From the sequence record SRR31156797_10280: a DNA stretch of 41,240 nucleotides. One strand, 5' to 3'. This document shows, in pieces, positions 29,562 to 39,522 of the stretch. The notes under the pieces are model-generated. The model was given only the letters and a program-made list of their open reading frames with translations. It had not been told where the DNA came from and did not search any database. Every line of letters starts with the position of its first letter. The stretch's first letter is position 1. The position numbers and the translations under genes were made by a program.

Positions 29562-30467
29562 ATGAATAACAGAACATTAACCCACCTGAAACAACTCGAA
29601 TCCGAGAGTATACACATCATCAGAGAGGCAGTTGCAGAGGCTGAAAACCCTGTGATGCTTTACTCCATAGGTAAAGATTCATCAGTTATGCTGCATCTGG
29701 CGATGAAGGCGTTTGCTCCCGGCAAGTTACCTTTTCCGCTTATGCATGTTGATACCACGTGGAAATTCAAAGATATGATCACTTTTCGGGATAAAATGGC
29801 TGAAAAGCACGGCTTTGACCTGATTGTTTATAAGAATGAAGAGGGTGTCGAGCAGGGTATAGGTCCTTTTACCCATGGAAGCAAAGTGCATACTGACGTT
29901 ATGAAGACGGAAGCTCTGAAAAAGGGACTTAATAAGCATAAATTTGATGTGATTTTTGGCGGAGCGAGGCGTGACGAGGAGAAATCCCGTGCGAAAGAGC
30001 GCATCTTCTCTTTCAGAGATAAAAACCACCGCTGGGATCCGAAAAATCAGAGACCGGAGCTTTGGAATATATATAATTGTCGAATAAATAAAGGGGAGAG
30101 CATCCGTGTTTTCCCTCTCTCGAACTGGACAGAGCTAGATATCTGGCTTTACATTCACCTTGAGCAAATACCTGTTGTTCCGCTTTATTTCTCCGAGAAG
30201 CGACCAGTAGTAAATAAGGATGGAGTGCTCATCCTTGTGGACGATGACCGAATGCCACTTGAGGGCTTAGAAGTTATAGAGAAGCTGGTACGGTTTAGAA
30301 CTCTCGGCTGTTATCCACTTTCGGGGGCGGTTGAGTCTGAGGCGGCTACTTTGCCTGATATCATACAGGAGATGCTGCTCACAAAGGTGTCTGAGAGACA
30401 GGGGCGGATAATCGATTTCGACCAAGCTGGCTCTATGGAGAAGAAAAAAATCGAGGGGTATTTCTAA
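29562..30467 (+). CDS. cysD: Sulfate adenylyltransferase subunit 2
   Basis: [47 protein letters not shown]. Confidence 0.97.
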   Translation: MNNRTLTHLKQLESESIHIIREAVAEAENPVMLYSIGKDSSVMLHLAMKAFAPGKLPFPLMHVDTTWKFKDMITFRDKMAEKHGFDLIVYKNEEGVEQGIGPFTHGSKVHTDVMKTEALKKGLNKHKFDVIFGGARRDEEKSRAKERIFSFRDKNHRWDPKNQRPELWNIYNCRINKGESIRVFPLSNWTELDIWLYIHLEQIPVVPLYFSEKRPVVNKDGVLILVDDDRMPLEGLEVIEKLVRFRTLGCYPLSGAVESEAATLPDIIQEMLLTKVSERQGRIIDFDQAGSMEKKKIEGYF

Positions 30468-32347
30468 TGTCGCATCAGTCAGACCTCATCGGTAAAGATA
30501 TACATGCATACCTGAAAGAGCATGAGAACAAAGAACTTTTAAGGTTTATCACCTGCGGAAGTGTGGACGACGGGAAGAGTACGCTCATAGGCAGGCTTCT
30601 GCACGACTCTAAGCTTATTTACGAAGACCAGCTCGCATCTATCCGTAGTGATAGTAAGTTCAGAGGGGATGGTGAGCTCGACCTCGCACTCCTTGTGGAC
30701 GGATTACAGGCGGAGCGAGAGCAGGGGATTACTATCGATGTTGCTTACCGGTTCTTCTCCACCAAGAAGCGTAAATTCATCATCGCAGACACTCCTGGGC
30801 ACGAACAGTACACAAGGAATATGGCGACCGGTGCATCCACTGCGAACCTAGCGATTATACTTATTGATGCCCGACAGGGAGTTCTGACCCAGACTAAGAG
30901 GCACTCGTTTATAGCAAGCCTGATGGGGATAAAGCACGCCATTGTCGCTGTAAATAAAATGGATTTAGTTGATTATTCAGAAGAGACTTTTGAAAATATT
31001 AAGGCAGACTATGAAGCTTTTGCAAAAGATATAGATATTAAAGATATACAGTTTATTCCGCTATCCGCCCTTAAAGGTGACAATGTTGTTGATAAGAGTG
31101 GGAATATGGCGTGGTACGATGGTGCGCCTTTAATGGAACTGCTTGAGAACATTCCGGTGGGTGATTCTTACGACTTTGATACATTTTGTATGCCTGTGCA
31201 GTATGTTAACCGACCTAACTTAAACTTCAGAGGGTACTGCGGGACTGTCGCCTCTGGTGTTGTTAAGCCGGGTGATGAGATAACTATTTTACCATCCGGT
31301 GTAGCAAGCAGAGTGAAATCTATTGTGACCTATGACGGTGATATCGATGAGGCTTTCCCCCCTATGTCTGTGACACTAACCACCGAGGACGAGATTGACA
31401 TAAGTCGTGGTGATATGATTGTGCATTCTGGTAGTTCGCCGGAGGTTGGTGACTGTTTTGATGCGATGATCGTCTGGATGAATGATGAGCCTCTGATAAA
31501 AAATAAACCTTACGACCTTAAGCGTGCATCCACAGTGGTGAACGCCTATGTCGATGAGATACATTACAAAGTTGACGTGAATACCTTAGAGCATAAACCA
31601 GCTGAAAGGCTGGAGCTTAACGAGATAGCTTATGTGCGGATAAATCTCTCCACAAAGATAGAATACTCCGCAAGGCGCAATGTTCGTGGCTTTATCCTTA
31701 TCGACAGGATAAGTAATAACACTTTCGGTGCAGGGATGATAAGCGACGTTCGTGAGTCGAAAAATGTTATCTGGCATGACCACAAGGTGGGAAAAGAGGG
31801 GCGTGTTGCGCTTAAAGGGCATAAGCCTGCTGTGCTATGGCTGACAGGGCTTTCCGGCTCAGGTAAATCTACTGTGGCAAATGAGCTTGAGGATAGATTG
31901 CAGAAGATGGGGGTTCACACCTATCTCCTTGATGGAGACAATGTCCGTCACGGTTTATGCAAGGATCTTGGCTTCTCTGACGCAGACAGGGTTGAGAACA
32001 TCCGCCGTGTGGGTGAGGTTGCGAAACTCTTTGCAGATTCCGGGATACTTGTGATAACAGCTTTTATCTCTCCATTTAAAAAGGACAGGGATATCGTCAG
32101 AATGATACTTCCTGAAGATGAGTTCATAGAGGTTTTTGTTGATGCGCCGCTAGAGGTTTGTGAGCAGCGTGATCCGAAATCACTTTATAAAAAAGCACGC
32201 AAAGGTGAAATTAAATCGTTTACTGGCATCGATTCTCCTTATGAAGCACCGGAAGCACCAGATATTCATCTTCGTACAGATAAGTTTTCAGTGGCGGAAT
32301 CAGCAGAAAGAGTTATGAAATTTCTAAAGGATAATAAATACATATGA
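30467..32347 (+). CDS. cysNC: Bifunctional sulfate adenylyltransferase subunit 1 / APS kinase (CysN-CysC fusion, NodQ-like)
   Basis: [19 protein letters not shown] in the GTPase domain; [34 protein letters not shown] in the kinase domain. Confidence 0.96.
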   Translation: MSHQSDLIGKDIHAYLKEHENKELLRFITCGSVDDGKSTLIGRLLHDSKLIYEDQLASIRSDSKFRGDGELDLALLVDGLQAEREQGITIDVAYRFFSTKKRKFIIADTPGHEQYTRNMATGASTANLAIILIDARQGVLTQTKRHSFIASLMGIKHAIVAVNKMDLVDYSEETFENIKADYEAFAKDIDIKDIQFIPLSALKGDNVVDKSGNMAWYDGAPLMELLENIPVGDSYDFDTFCMPVQYVNRPNLNFRGYCGTVASGVVKPGDEITILPSGVASRVKSIVTYDGDIDEAFPPMSVTLTTEDEIDISRGDMIVHSGSSPEVGDCFDAMIVWMNDEPLIKNKPYDLKRASTVVNAYVDEIHYKVDVNTLEHKPAERLELNEIAYVRINLSTKIEYSARRNVRGFILIDRISNNTFGAGMISDVRESKNVIWHDHKVGKEGRVALKGHKPAVLWLTGLSGSGKSTVANELEDRLQKMGVHTYLLDGDNVRHGLCKDLGFSDADRVENIRRVGEVAKLFADSGILVITAFISPFKKDRDIVRMILPEDEFIEVFVDAPLEVCEQRDPKSLYKKARKGEIKSFTGIDSPYEAPEAPDIHLRTDKFSVAESAERVMKFLKDNKYI

Positions 32348-33159
32348 AATATGATGAAAAGCTTCTATATGAAGTGATAGAGATAGCTCAACAGGCGGGC
32401 AGAGAGATTATGGAAATCTATGTAAAAGATTTTTCTGTTGAGTATAAAGACGATAACTCGCCACTCACTGAGGCTGATAAACACTCTAATGAAGTTATAA
32501 TAGCTGGTCTTGAAAAGCTGGACAGGCAGTATCCTATACTGTCAGAAGAGAACAAAGCTGTAAACTATTCAGAGCGAAAAGAGTGGAAAACATTCTGGCT
32601 GGTTGACCCTATTGATGGGACAAAAGAATTTATCAAAAAGAATGGTGAATTCACGGTTAATATAGCACTCGTGGAAGATGGTGCACCAGTTATAGGTGTT
32701 GTTTATGCTCCTGCTATGGAGCTGCTTTACTACGGCATGAAAGGCTTTGGAGCGTTTCGTAAAACTGGTGATGTAGTTGAGAATCTTCCTGCTGAAAAGT
32801 GCTACGGAAAGGTTGTGCGTGTAGTCGCCTCTAGGTCGCACCTTAACGAAGAGACCTCAGATTTCATAGAAAAAATTGCTAGACAGTTTCCTGACTGCGA
32901 GATAGAGAAGGTGTCTAAAGGTAGTTCTCTGAAGCTCTGCATGGTGGCTGAAGGGAGCGCTGATATTTATCCACGTATAGCACCGACTATGGAGTGGGAT
33001 ACCGCCGCAGCGCAAGGTGTTGTTGAGGCGGCAGGGAAATCGGTATACAAATATGAACAATTTCCAGTAAACAGAATTGATTTTAATAGTGAACTAAATT
33101 GTGAAAAGCTTTGCTATAACAAAAAGGATTTGCTTAATCCATTTTTTATTGTGATTTAG
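32344..33159 (+). CDS. cysQ: 3'(2'),5'-bisphosphate nucleotidase
   Basis: [40 protein letters not shown]. Confidence 0.95.
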   Translation: MKYDEKLLYEVIEIAQQAGREIMEIYVKDFSVEYKDDNSPLTEADKHSNEVIIAGLEKLDRQYPILSEENKAVNYSERKEWKTFWLVDPIDGTKEFIKKNGEFTVNIALVEDGAPVIGVVYAPAMELLYYGMKGFGAFRKTGDVVENLPAEKCYGKVVRVVASRSHLNEETSDFIEKIARQFPDCEIEKVSKGSSLKLCMVAEGSADIYPRIAPTMEWDTAAAQGVVEAAGKSVYKYEQFPVNRIDFNSELNCEKLCYNKKDLLNPFFIVI

Positions 33160-33228
33160 TCTACACTTAAATACAAATGAAAAAGCTCACCAAAAGATGA
33201 GCTTATTAGTCGGTATAATCTCCATTTT

Positions 33229-33280
33229 TAAAAAAAAGTGCACAGGGGCGGAGCCGAACCATCGATACGGGGATTTTCAG
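33229..33280 (-). pseudogene. Decayed duplicate of the 3' half of tRNA-Phe (att-like scar)
   Basis: Minus strand CTGAAAATCCCCGTATCGATGGTTCGGCTCCGCCCCTGTGCAC begins at a GAA anticodon loop. 33238-33258 matches 41220-41240 at 17/21, and both copies are followed by T8A. Confidence 0.8.
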
Positions 33281-33438
33281 ATAGCTAAACTCTGGCTAAG
33301 TTATTATTGGTCTTTAACTTATCTCTAAGGTTGTGCTGAAAAACATATCTACTGATTTACTTAATACTATAAGCGGTTTATTTTTCCGGAAATCGTCTTT
33401 TATACCAGTTTCGTTCACTGTGCCTAAGAGTACATTTT

Positions 33439-33465
33439 AATTTAGAACGAAAAATGTTCTGAATT
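33439..33465. repeat. 27-bp dyad site, copy 1
   Basis: AATTTAGAAC-GAAAAAT-GTTCTGAATT, followed by ATTATG. Confidence 0.7.
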
Positions 33466-33519
33466 ATTATGCAACAAAGTGGGGTAGTCGCAGTTAATTC
33501 AATTATTATCTAACAAAGG

Positions 33520-34869
33520 CTACTTTCTTAAGCGTCTGCTTAAAGTTGACTGAGATATCCCTATCATAGCGGCGGCTTTGGTCTGGTTATTCCCTGCCAG
33601 CTTCATGGCATCACAAATAAGCTGATCTACAACTTCGTCAACTTTTGGTAACGGACTATCATTAAGATCAATTTTTGTTTCATTGGATGTCAGGTAACTT
33701 TGCAGGTCTTTTGCCTGAATTTTATTTTGAGTACGTGCCAGAACATCAAAGCATATCGCTCTTAATTGACGCGTATTTCCGGGAAAAGAATAGGCGCTAA
33801 CTAAATCCAGAGCATCCTGAGTTATCTCAGGGACACTTCTCTGGAACTCTTGTGATGCCTGACTGATAAAATGATAAAACAAAACCTGAATATCCTCAGG
33901 TCTTTCCCTCAGAGGAGGTATATGTACAAAGTGAGTGTTCAGTCTGTAATATAAATCCTGACGAAACTCGCCCGCTCTGCATTTGTCCTCCAGATTTTGA
34001 TTTGTGGCAAAGATCAGTCTTGCTCGGGACTTAGAAGACGCATCAGACCCAAGCTGCTGGTACTCTCCATCCTGTGCGAGATACAAAAGCTTCACCTGAA
34101 GAGTATTTGGAAGATCACCTATTTCATCAAGGAACAATGTACCGTCATCTGCCTTTTGTATGGCTCCCGGGCGGTTTGAATCGGCACCCGTAAAGGCACC
34201 TTTCCTGTGTCCGAAAAGCGTATCAGAGAAAGCATGATCATCAAGCCCGCTCACGTTTATAGACACAAAAGGTCTGTCCGGGCGGGACAGTTCCGCCGTT
34301 GCTTTGGCGAGTACACCTTTTCCAACACCGCTTTCACCTGTTATCAGTATTGGGTAAGGGCTCACTGCTAAGGCTGTCAGATATTTAAATACCGAATGCA
34401 TACGGCTACTCTTAGTAATGAAGTCCTTAAACACCGGAAATTCCTCACTAATAGAAAACAGTCCGTCTTTCAGCGCATGATTTTCTTTTTCAAGCTGATG
34501 TATTTTTATAATGCGTTTAATATTACTTATCAGTTCTTCTATGAGAGATGTTTTCACCATATAGTCCATAGCGCCCAGCTTTCCGCAATTCAGCGCCATA
34601 TGGATATCGTTCACCCCTGTCATAATGATCACGGGCAGACGAGGAAATTTCTGTTTGATCCTGTGCAACACATCTTTTCCAGAGACATCTCCGAGCATTA
34701 AATCCAGAAAAACCAGATCTGTATCTCCCTTTTTTAAAATATCAAAAACTTCGTCTTCTCTTTGAGCCGTGCGTATATTTTCAGATGAAGTAATATCATA
34801 TTGCAAAAGCGTCCGTCTGAAAGAGACAAGCCAGTCCCTTTCGTCATCTACCAGAAGGATTGATGTCAT
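33520..34869 (-). CDS. sigma54-dependent response regulator (NtrC family enhancer-binding protein)
   Basis: Receiver LLVDDE...LDL, Walker A GESGVGK, GAFTGA, LFLDEI, FRQDLYYRL, Fis-type HTH. Confidence 0.95.
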   Translation of the reverse strand: MTSILLVDDERDWLVSFRRTLLQYDITSSENIRTAQREDEVFDILKKGDTDLVFLDLMLGDVSGKDVLHRIKQKFPRLPVIIMTGVNDIHMALNCGKLGAMDYMVKTSLIEELISNIKRIIKIHQLEKENHALKDGLFSISEEFPVFKDFITKSSRMHSVFKYLTALAVSPYPILITGESGVGKGVLAKATAELSRPDRPFVSINVSGLDDHAFSDTLFGHRKGAFTGADSNRPGAIQKADDGTLFLDEIGDLPNTLQVKLLYLAQDGEYQQLGSDASSKSRARLIFATNQNLEDKCRAGEFRQDLYYRLNTHFVHIPPLRERPEDIQVLFYHFISQASQEFQRSVPEITQDALDLVSAYSFPGNTRQLRAICFDVLARTQNKIQAKDLQSYLTSNETKIDLNDSPLPKVDEVVDQLICDAMKLAGNNQTKAAAMIGISQSTLSRRLRK

Positions 34870-36764
34870 AATGTCTCCTTAGGGAAGAATATCCTGACAC
34901 GTGTACCTTCCCCTTCTTCAGAATCCAAGATATAGTATCCCCGATGTTCTTTTACAATACTGGCGACTATTGACAGCCCCAGCCCCGTGCCGTTTTTCCG
35001 TGTAGTATAAAATGATTCAAAAGCTTTCTGCTTCACTTCGGGGTTCATGCCGCAGCCTTCGTCCTCTATTGAAAATACGACATACTTGCCGTCTTCAGAT
35101 TCGCTCAGACTGCATGTTATAGCCTGTTCACTATCGGTAAGGGCGTAGCAGGCATTTTGGATAAGGTTGATAATGATCTGCTCTATGTGCTGAGCGTGTC
35201 CCCTGACAGGAGCAACCGGTTCATCTATTCGACAAGTAAAATTTCTGGTGAAGCTTTTGACGAAATACCCCACAAAACGAACAGAATCATTAAGAATAAG
35301 TTTCAAATCCACAAGTGCATAGGCATCATCACGTTTTTTACTGAATGTTTTGAGATCATTAACAGTGTTTATGATGCGCAGTATATTTTCTGTAATAATT
35401 GTATGTGCAGATATCTCTTCCTGACGTGCATCAACCCAGCTAAGCCCGGCAAAGCGTCTTGATGAATCAGGTGTCTCCAGATTTTTATGTATATCATTTG
35501 AAAGCTTTTGCAGAAAATCGATGTTGTGCATGATTAGTCCCGCCGGATTATTAATCTCATGGGCTATATTTGCAGCCATATTTCCCAGTGCGGTCATTCT
35601 GTCTAAGACGAGTAACTCATCTCTTTGACGTACTTTTTCAGTGATATTAGAAGCAACAATCAAAAGCGGCTCACTGCCTTTTTCCAAAATAATACCCGAA
35701 ACCTCCCACGTCTCTGTATTGTCGAGGAAGAGTTTTGTTTCAAATGATTTGTTTGTGGCAATAGCCTGCTCTATCTCATTACTGATCAGCTCAATTTTAA
35801 AATTAGCATTGGAAGATGCCGCATTTGACCAGACAGGCATCCCATTTAAATTTATCAGGTAGATTTGCTCAGGCAATACATCCAGAAGCATCTGCAGTAG
35901 CCCGGTCAAAGTGTTGAGGGATGATGTCTTCTGCTGTACTCGCATGTGAAGTGATTTGTTCCATAAAAGTATGAGAAATATAGTGAGAACTACAGTTAGC
36001 ACGATATGTATTATATAATTATGCCACAGAGGCGTATCATGCGAACGTGACCACTTTTTCATTATTTCAAAATAGTCACCGGATGCTTTCAGCTCTTCCA
36101 TCGCATCGTTCAGTCTAGCATAGAGTGCACTATTGGCTTTATTCATTGCAAAGCCATATATCGTTGGTATTATAGGGAAACCGCAGATCTTTATCTCATA
36201 ATGTTTCGGCAGATTAAGAATAGCCGGAAGACTTGCAACGAAAAAATCACCTCTTCCAGCCAGGTAATCTTCAACCATGTCTTCATGGTTTTGATAACCG
36301 ATAAGTTTCAGATTATATTCATCTTTATTCTTCTGGAGATAGCTGTTTGTATAGCTCCCCTTCATGAAAAGTACAGTCTTGCCCCTCCAGTCCTCCATAC
36401 TGTCTATTGGAGGATCGTCTATCCTGTTCACTGCGTATCTGTATATTACTACAGACTGCTCTATGTATGCGGCAAATTGATCGGCTTCAGGTATCGGGGA
36501 AATGCTCATTATGGTGATCTCGTTGTTCTTCAGCTTATAAAGAAGCTCGTCTCGCTCACCTGAGGTGATAGAGTAGGTACATCCGGCCTTTTTAGCCATC
36601 TGTTTAAGAAGATCGACGTTCATACCGTGGGGTACACCATTGTCGTCGATCCATTCATAGGGTTTATATGGGTCAACCCTTAGCCCATAGACAATATTGC
36701 AGCTATCCTGTGCGTATACCGCAGCAGAAAGTAGAATAAAAATTAAGATAATTATATGTTTCAT
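34866..36764 (-). CDS. Sensor histidine kinase with periplasmic family-3 binding domain
   Basis: Signal peptide, PBPb-like domain, TM, PAS-like region, AHEINNP, NLIQNA, DEGCG, GTGLGL. ATGA overlap with the regulator. Confidence 0.93.
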   Translation of the reverse strand: MKHIIILIFILLSAAVYAQDSCNIVYGLRVDPYKPYEWIDDNGVPHGMNVDLLKQMAKKAGCTYSITSGERDELLYKLKNNEITIMSISPIPEADQFAAYIEQSVVIYRYAVNRIDDPPIDSMEDWRGKTVLFMKGSYTNSYLQKNKDEYNLKLIGYQNHEDMVEDYLAGRGDFFVASLPAILNLPKHYEIKICGFPIIPTIYGFAMNKANSALYARLNDAMEELKASGDYFEIMKKWSRSHDTPLWHNYIIHIVLTVVLTIFLILLWNKSLHMRVQQKTSSLNTLTGLLQMLLDVLPEQIYLINLNGMPVWSNAASSNANFKIELISNEIEQAIATNKSFETKLFLDNTETWEVSGIILEKGSEPLLIVASNITEKVRQRDELLVLDRMTALGNMAANIAHEINNPAGLIMHNIDFLQKLSNDIHKNLETPDSSRRFAGLSWVDARQEEISAHTIITENILRIINTVNDLKTFSKKRDDAYALVDLKLILNDSVRFVGYFVKSFTRNFTCRIDEPVAPVRGHAQHIEQIIINLIQNACYALTDSEQAITCSLSESEDGKYVVFSIEDEGCGMNPEVKQKAFESFYTTRKNGTGLGLSIVASIVKEHRGYYILDSEEGEGTRVRIFFPKETL

Positions 36765-36769
36765 CAGTA

Positions 36770-36798
36770 TTTATAACACATAAAAAAAATGAATGCAA
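36770..36798 (-). promoter_or_regulatory. sigma70 promoter of the kinase-regulator operon, probably leaderless
   Basis: TTGCAT-17-TATAAA with extended TG, 5 nt before ATG 36764, no SD. Confidence 0.55.
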
Positions 36799-36835
36799 TT
36801 TGCATTAATTATGCAACATGCAATGCGTTATGCAT
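36793..36835. promoter_or_regulatory. Putative upstream activator sequences: three TGCR-N3-TGCA boxes
   Basis: TGCA-ATT-TGCA (36794), TGCA-ACA-TGCA (36812), TGCG-TTA-TGCA (36824). Confidence 0.6.
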
Positions 36836-36886
36836 AAAAGGCGTCGTCGTTAAAACTTAAACTACTAATAGATATAGTCTTATCTT

Positions 36887-36903
36887 TTGGCAACAACTTT
36901 GCT
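36887..36903 (+). promoter_or_regulatory. sigma54 -24/-12 promoter
   Basis: TTGGCAACAACTTTGCT with exact GG-N10-GC spacing, next to an EBP gene. Confidence 0.85.
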
Positions 36904-36940
36904 TTATCTAAAACTGAAATATTTTTAACAGGAGCAAATT

Positions 36941-37501
36941 ATGCCGAGTTTTAAAAAATGCATAGTACCGCTGGTTTTGATTTTTGTCCTGACGCTATGC
37001 AACGTTGCCATATCAAAGGGCAATATACCTACCGAATGGAGCATGGATACTGATTGCACTTTATGCCACACCCACGAGGCAGATACTTTAAAAAATGAAA
37101 AAAGCCTTATCTACGCCCACAGTGATCAAAGCTGCACAGCATGCCATTCACAAGAAAAAAAGCTGGCTGTTTCGCACAGGAAAATGTCAGCAGATACCTC
37201 AAAACTGAAACGTCTGAAAAGAACTACCGTTGCTGAGGCGAACTGCGTTGCATGTCATGGCGAATGGGAAGACCTTGCTGAACAGACAAAGAATACAACT
37301 CTGGTAAAGGATTCTGAGGGAACAGTTGTCAATCCCCACAGGGTAAGGACAGATATAAACAAGAAGAATCAGCACGACCTGGTTACATGCACAAATTGCC
37401 ACAGGATGCATACAGAATCAAATATTGAAAAAGCTGCAAACGAGGAGTGCCGCACCTGTCACCACAAAGGTGTATACACATGCGGTACCTGCCACGATTA
37501 A
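36941..37501 (+). CDS. Periplasmic hexaheme c-type cytochrome
   Basis: Signal peptide and six CxxCH motifs (CTLCH, CTACH, CVACH, CTNCH, CRTCH, CGTCH), AGGAG SD. Confidence 0.92.
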   Translation: MPSFKKCIVPLVLIFVLTLCNVAISKGNIPTEWSMDTDCTLCHTHEADTLKNEKSLIYAHSDQSCTACHSQEKKLAVSHRKMSADTSKLKRLKRTTVAEANCVACHGEWEDLAEQTKNTTLVKDSEGTVVNPHRVRTDINKKNQHDLVTCTNCHRMHTESNIEKAANEECRTCHHKGVYTCGTCHD

Positions 37502-37564
37502 GCAAATATATAAGTGAAATAGACCTTACAGGTTTTATTGAAAGTAATTGTAAAGGAGATAAAT

Positions 37565-39268
37565 ATGTCTGAAAAAAAAAACGGTATTGGAAGCAAAATG
37601 TTATCCAAAAGAGATTTTATGAAGGTATCCAGCTTGACAGTTGGAGGTGCCATATTGGCTGCTGGTTGTGCATCGGCATCAATCGCTTCGACTGGCTCTA
37701 AACCTGTACAAAAGTGGGATTACGAAGCTGATGTTATCGTAATCGGTACTGGCCCTGCCGGGCTTAGCTGCGCCGCTGCTGCTGCTGAAAAAGGTGCGAC
37801 TGTTATTGCTATTGAAGCAAATGATAAGATAGGTGGTAAAGGTATTCTCTCAGGAGGTAACCTTGGTATTGGTGGCGGAACCCGTATGCAGAAAGCTCTT
37901 GGATTTGTAGAGAGAGCAGATACTATTTATGAAGATCGTACTGTTCCGAATCTGCGTAAAGATGCGACAATGACAGTTGAGACTGTTGATAACCGGAAGG
38001 TCACAATGGGTATGTGGCGTAAAATATCCGGCGCGGAAGATGGCGAAGGAATGTCTCGTGCTTTTGCCGACAACAGTCTGGATACATGGAACTGGCTGGA
38101 CGGAATGGGCTGCGCATTCGTAAAAGCTAAAAAAAGCAAAATGTCCCAAGTTTACCGAGGCACACGTTACTTTACTCTCACTGCACGTAATTTCATAGAT
38201 CGTGACAATGCAAAATCAGGTGACCTGAAATCAGGTGGAGCAGGTATTATATGGCCTCTCTACGACAGAGCAGATGAAAACGGTGTTAAGTTCATGCTCA
38301 GCTGCAAAATGACAAGAATTATCCGTGAAGAAAATGATGGCCGTGTTCTGGGTATAGAAGCAAATTACAAAGGTAAAACGATATATATGAAGGGCAAGAA
38401 AGCCGTATTTCTTGGCACCGGAAGCTGGAATGGTAACAAAAACCTTAAACAGCTCTTTTTGCCGTGGCTCACAAAATATCCACATATCACAGGCGAACCA
38501 TATGTGAAAAATGACGGTAAAGGTATCGAAGCTGCGATCCAGATCGGCGCATCACTTTCTACTGACCGTGGTAGTGACTGGCACGGTTGGCACCGCCACC
38601 CTGGCTCACGCTGGCACCGCTCCGGAGCACCATTCGGAATCAGGGGCTTCGAAGACCCGTTTCTTGAAAGCGAAAGCATCTATGTTAACGCCGAAGGTAA
38701 CCGATTTATGAACGAAGAAATAGGCGAAGACAACCCTGCGTGGGTAGGTGGAGCAAAACCATTTTACTTCGCACAAATATGCGCTACACAAACCATAGAT
38801 GAAGACGGCCCTGTAGTGTGGATCATCATGGATGAGACATCTCGTCAGAAACAAAAGCTCGAGTTTAAACCAGGCGACAATGTTGAAAAATTCATGTACG
38901 GCAAAGGCAACACTCTTCGAGAATTGGCATCAGCCATCAATGTTCCTGCTGATAACCTCACTGTTTCTGTTAAACGTTACAACGAACTCGTAGCAAAAGG
39001 AAAGGACGACGATTTTGATAAGCAGGAAATGACTGCAAGAATCATTAAGCCACCTTTCCATGCTATTAAATGGGGTATCCAAAAACACAATACTCTCGGC
39101 GGGGTAACAATCAACCCTCAAGCACGTGTTCTCGACTGGGAGCGTAACCCTATTCCTGGTCTTTATGCTGCCGGAGAATGTGCTGGCGCTATGGACCTTA
39201 TCGGGCTGGCAAGACCTTTGGTTTTCGGTCGCATTGCAGGTATGACAATAGCAAAAGAAGAAAAGTAA
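37565..39268 (+). CDS. Exported FAD-dependent oxidoreductase of the fumarate reductase/flavocytochrome c (FAD_binding_2) superfamily, substrate unknown
   Basis: AAGGAG SD before ATG 37565, SKRDFMK Tat-like motif, LAAGC lipobox, WDYEADVIVIGTGPAG, GNRFMNE, HNTLGG, GLYAAGE. Confidence 0.9.
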   Translation: MSEKKNGIGSKMLSKRDFMKVSSLTVGGAILAAGCASASIASTGSKPVQKWDYEADVIVIGTGPAGLSCAAAAAEKGATVIAIEANDKIGGKGILSGGNLGIGGGTRMQKALGFVERADTIYEDRTVPNLRKDATMTVETVDNRKVTMGMWRKISGAEDGEGMSRAFADNSLDTWNWLDGMGCAFVKAKKSKMSQVYRGTRYFTLTARNFIDRDNAKSGDLKSGGAGIIWPLYDRADENGVKFMLSCKMTRIIREENDGRVLGIEANYKGKTIYMKGKKAVFLGTGSWNGNKNLKQLFLPWLTKYPHITGEPYVKNDGKGIEAAIQIGASLSTDRGSDWHGWHRHPGSRWHRSGAPFGIRGFEDPFLESESIYVNAEGNRFMNEEIGEDNPAWVGGAKPFYFAQICATQTIDEDGPVVWIIMDETSRQKQKLEFKPGDNVEKFMYGKGNTLRELASAINVPADNLTVSVKRYNELVAKGKDDDFDKQEMTARIIKPPFHAIKWGIQKHNTLGGVTINPQARVLDWERNPIPGLYAAGECAGAMDLIGLARPLVFGRIAGMTIAKEEK

Positions 39269-39286
39269 ACATACTATATTATTAAT

Positions 39287-39316
39287 CTGGTGCGGCATTT
39301 TATATGCCGCCTCCAG
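39287..39316 (+). terminator. Hairpin (probable terminator) after the flavoprotein gene
   Basis: CTGG-T-GCGGCAT-loop-ATGCCGC-CT-CCAG with a weak T-rich tail. Confidence 0.55.
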
Positions 39317-39522
39317 GTTATTATTTCATCTGATTAATTTCACAACTCCTCTCTTATAGGTTGTGATATCACCGTCTTGTAAACGCTTAATAATCTTCAC
39401 TTAAACACCTCATAATAATTCAAATTATAATATTTGCTAATGAACAAATACATATTTATTGTCCATTATAAGATGGAGTTATCTAATTTTTGGTCAGTTT
39501 TGAGCGGAGTTAGTCACGATTC

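Noticed and set aside
37565-39268. Annotation as frdA/sdhA or fccA
   Set aside because: No Fe-S or membrane-anchor subunits, no covalent-FAD His motif, and the catalytic arginines are not apparent.
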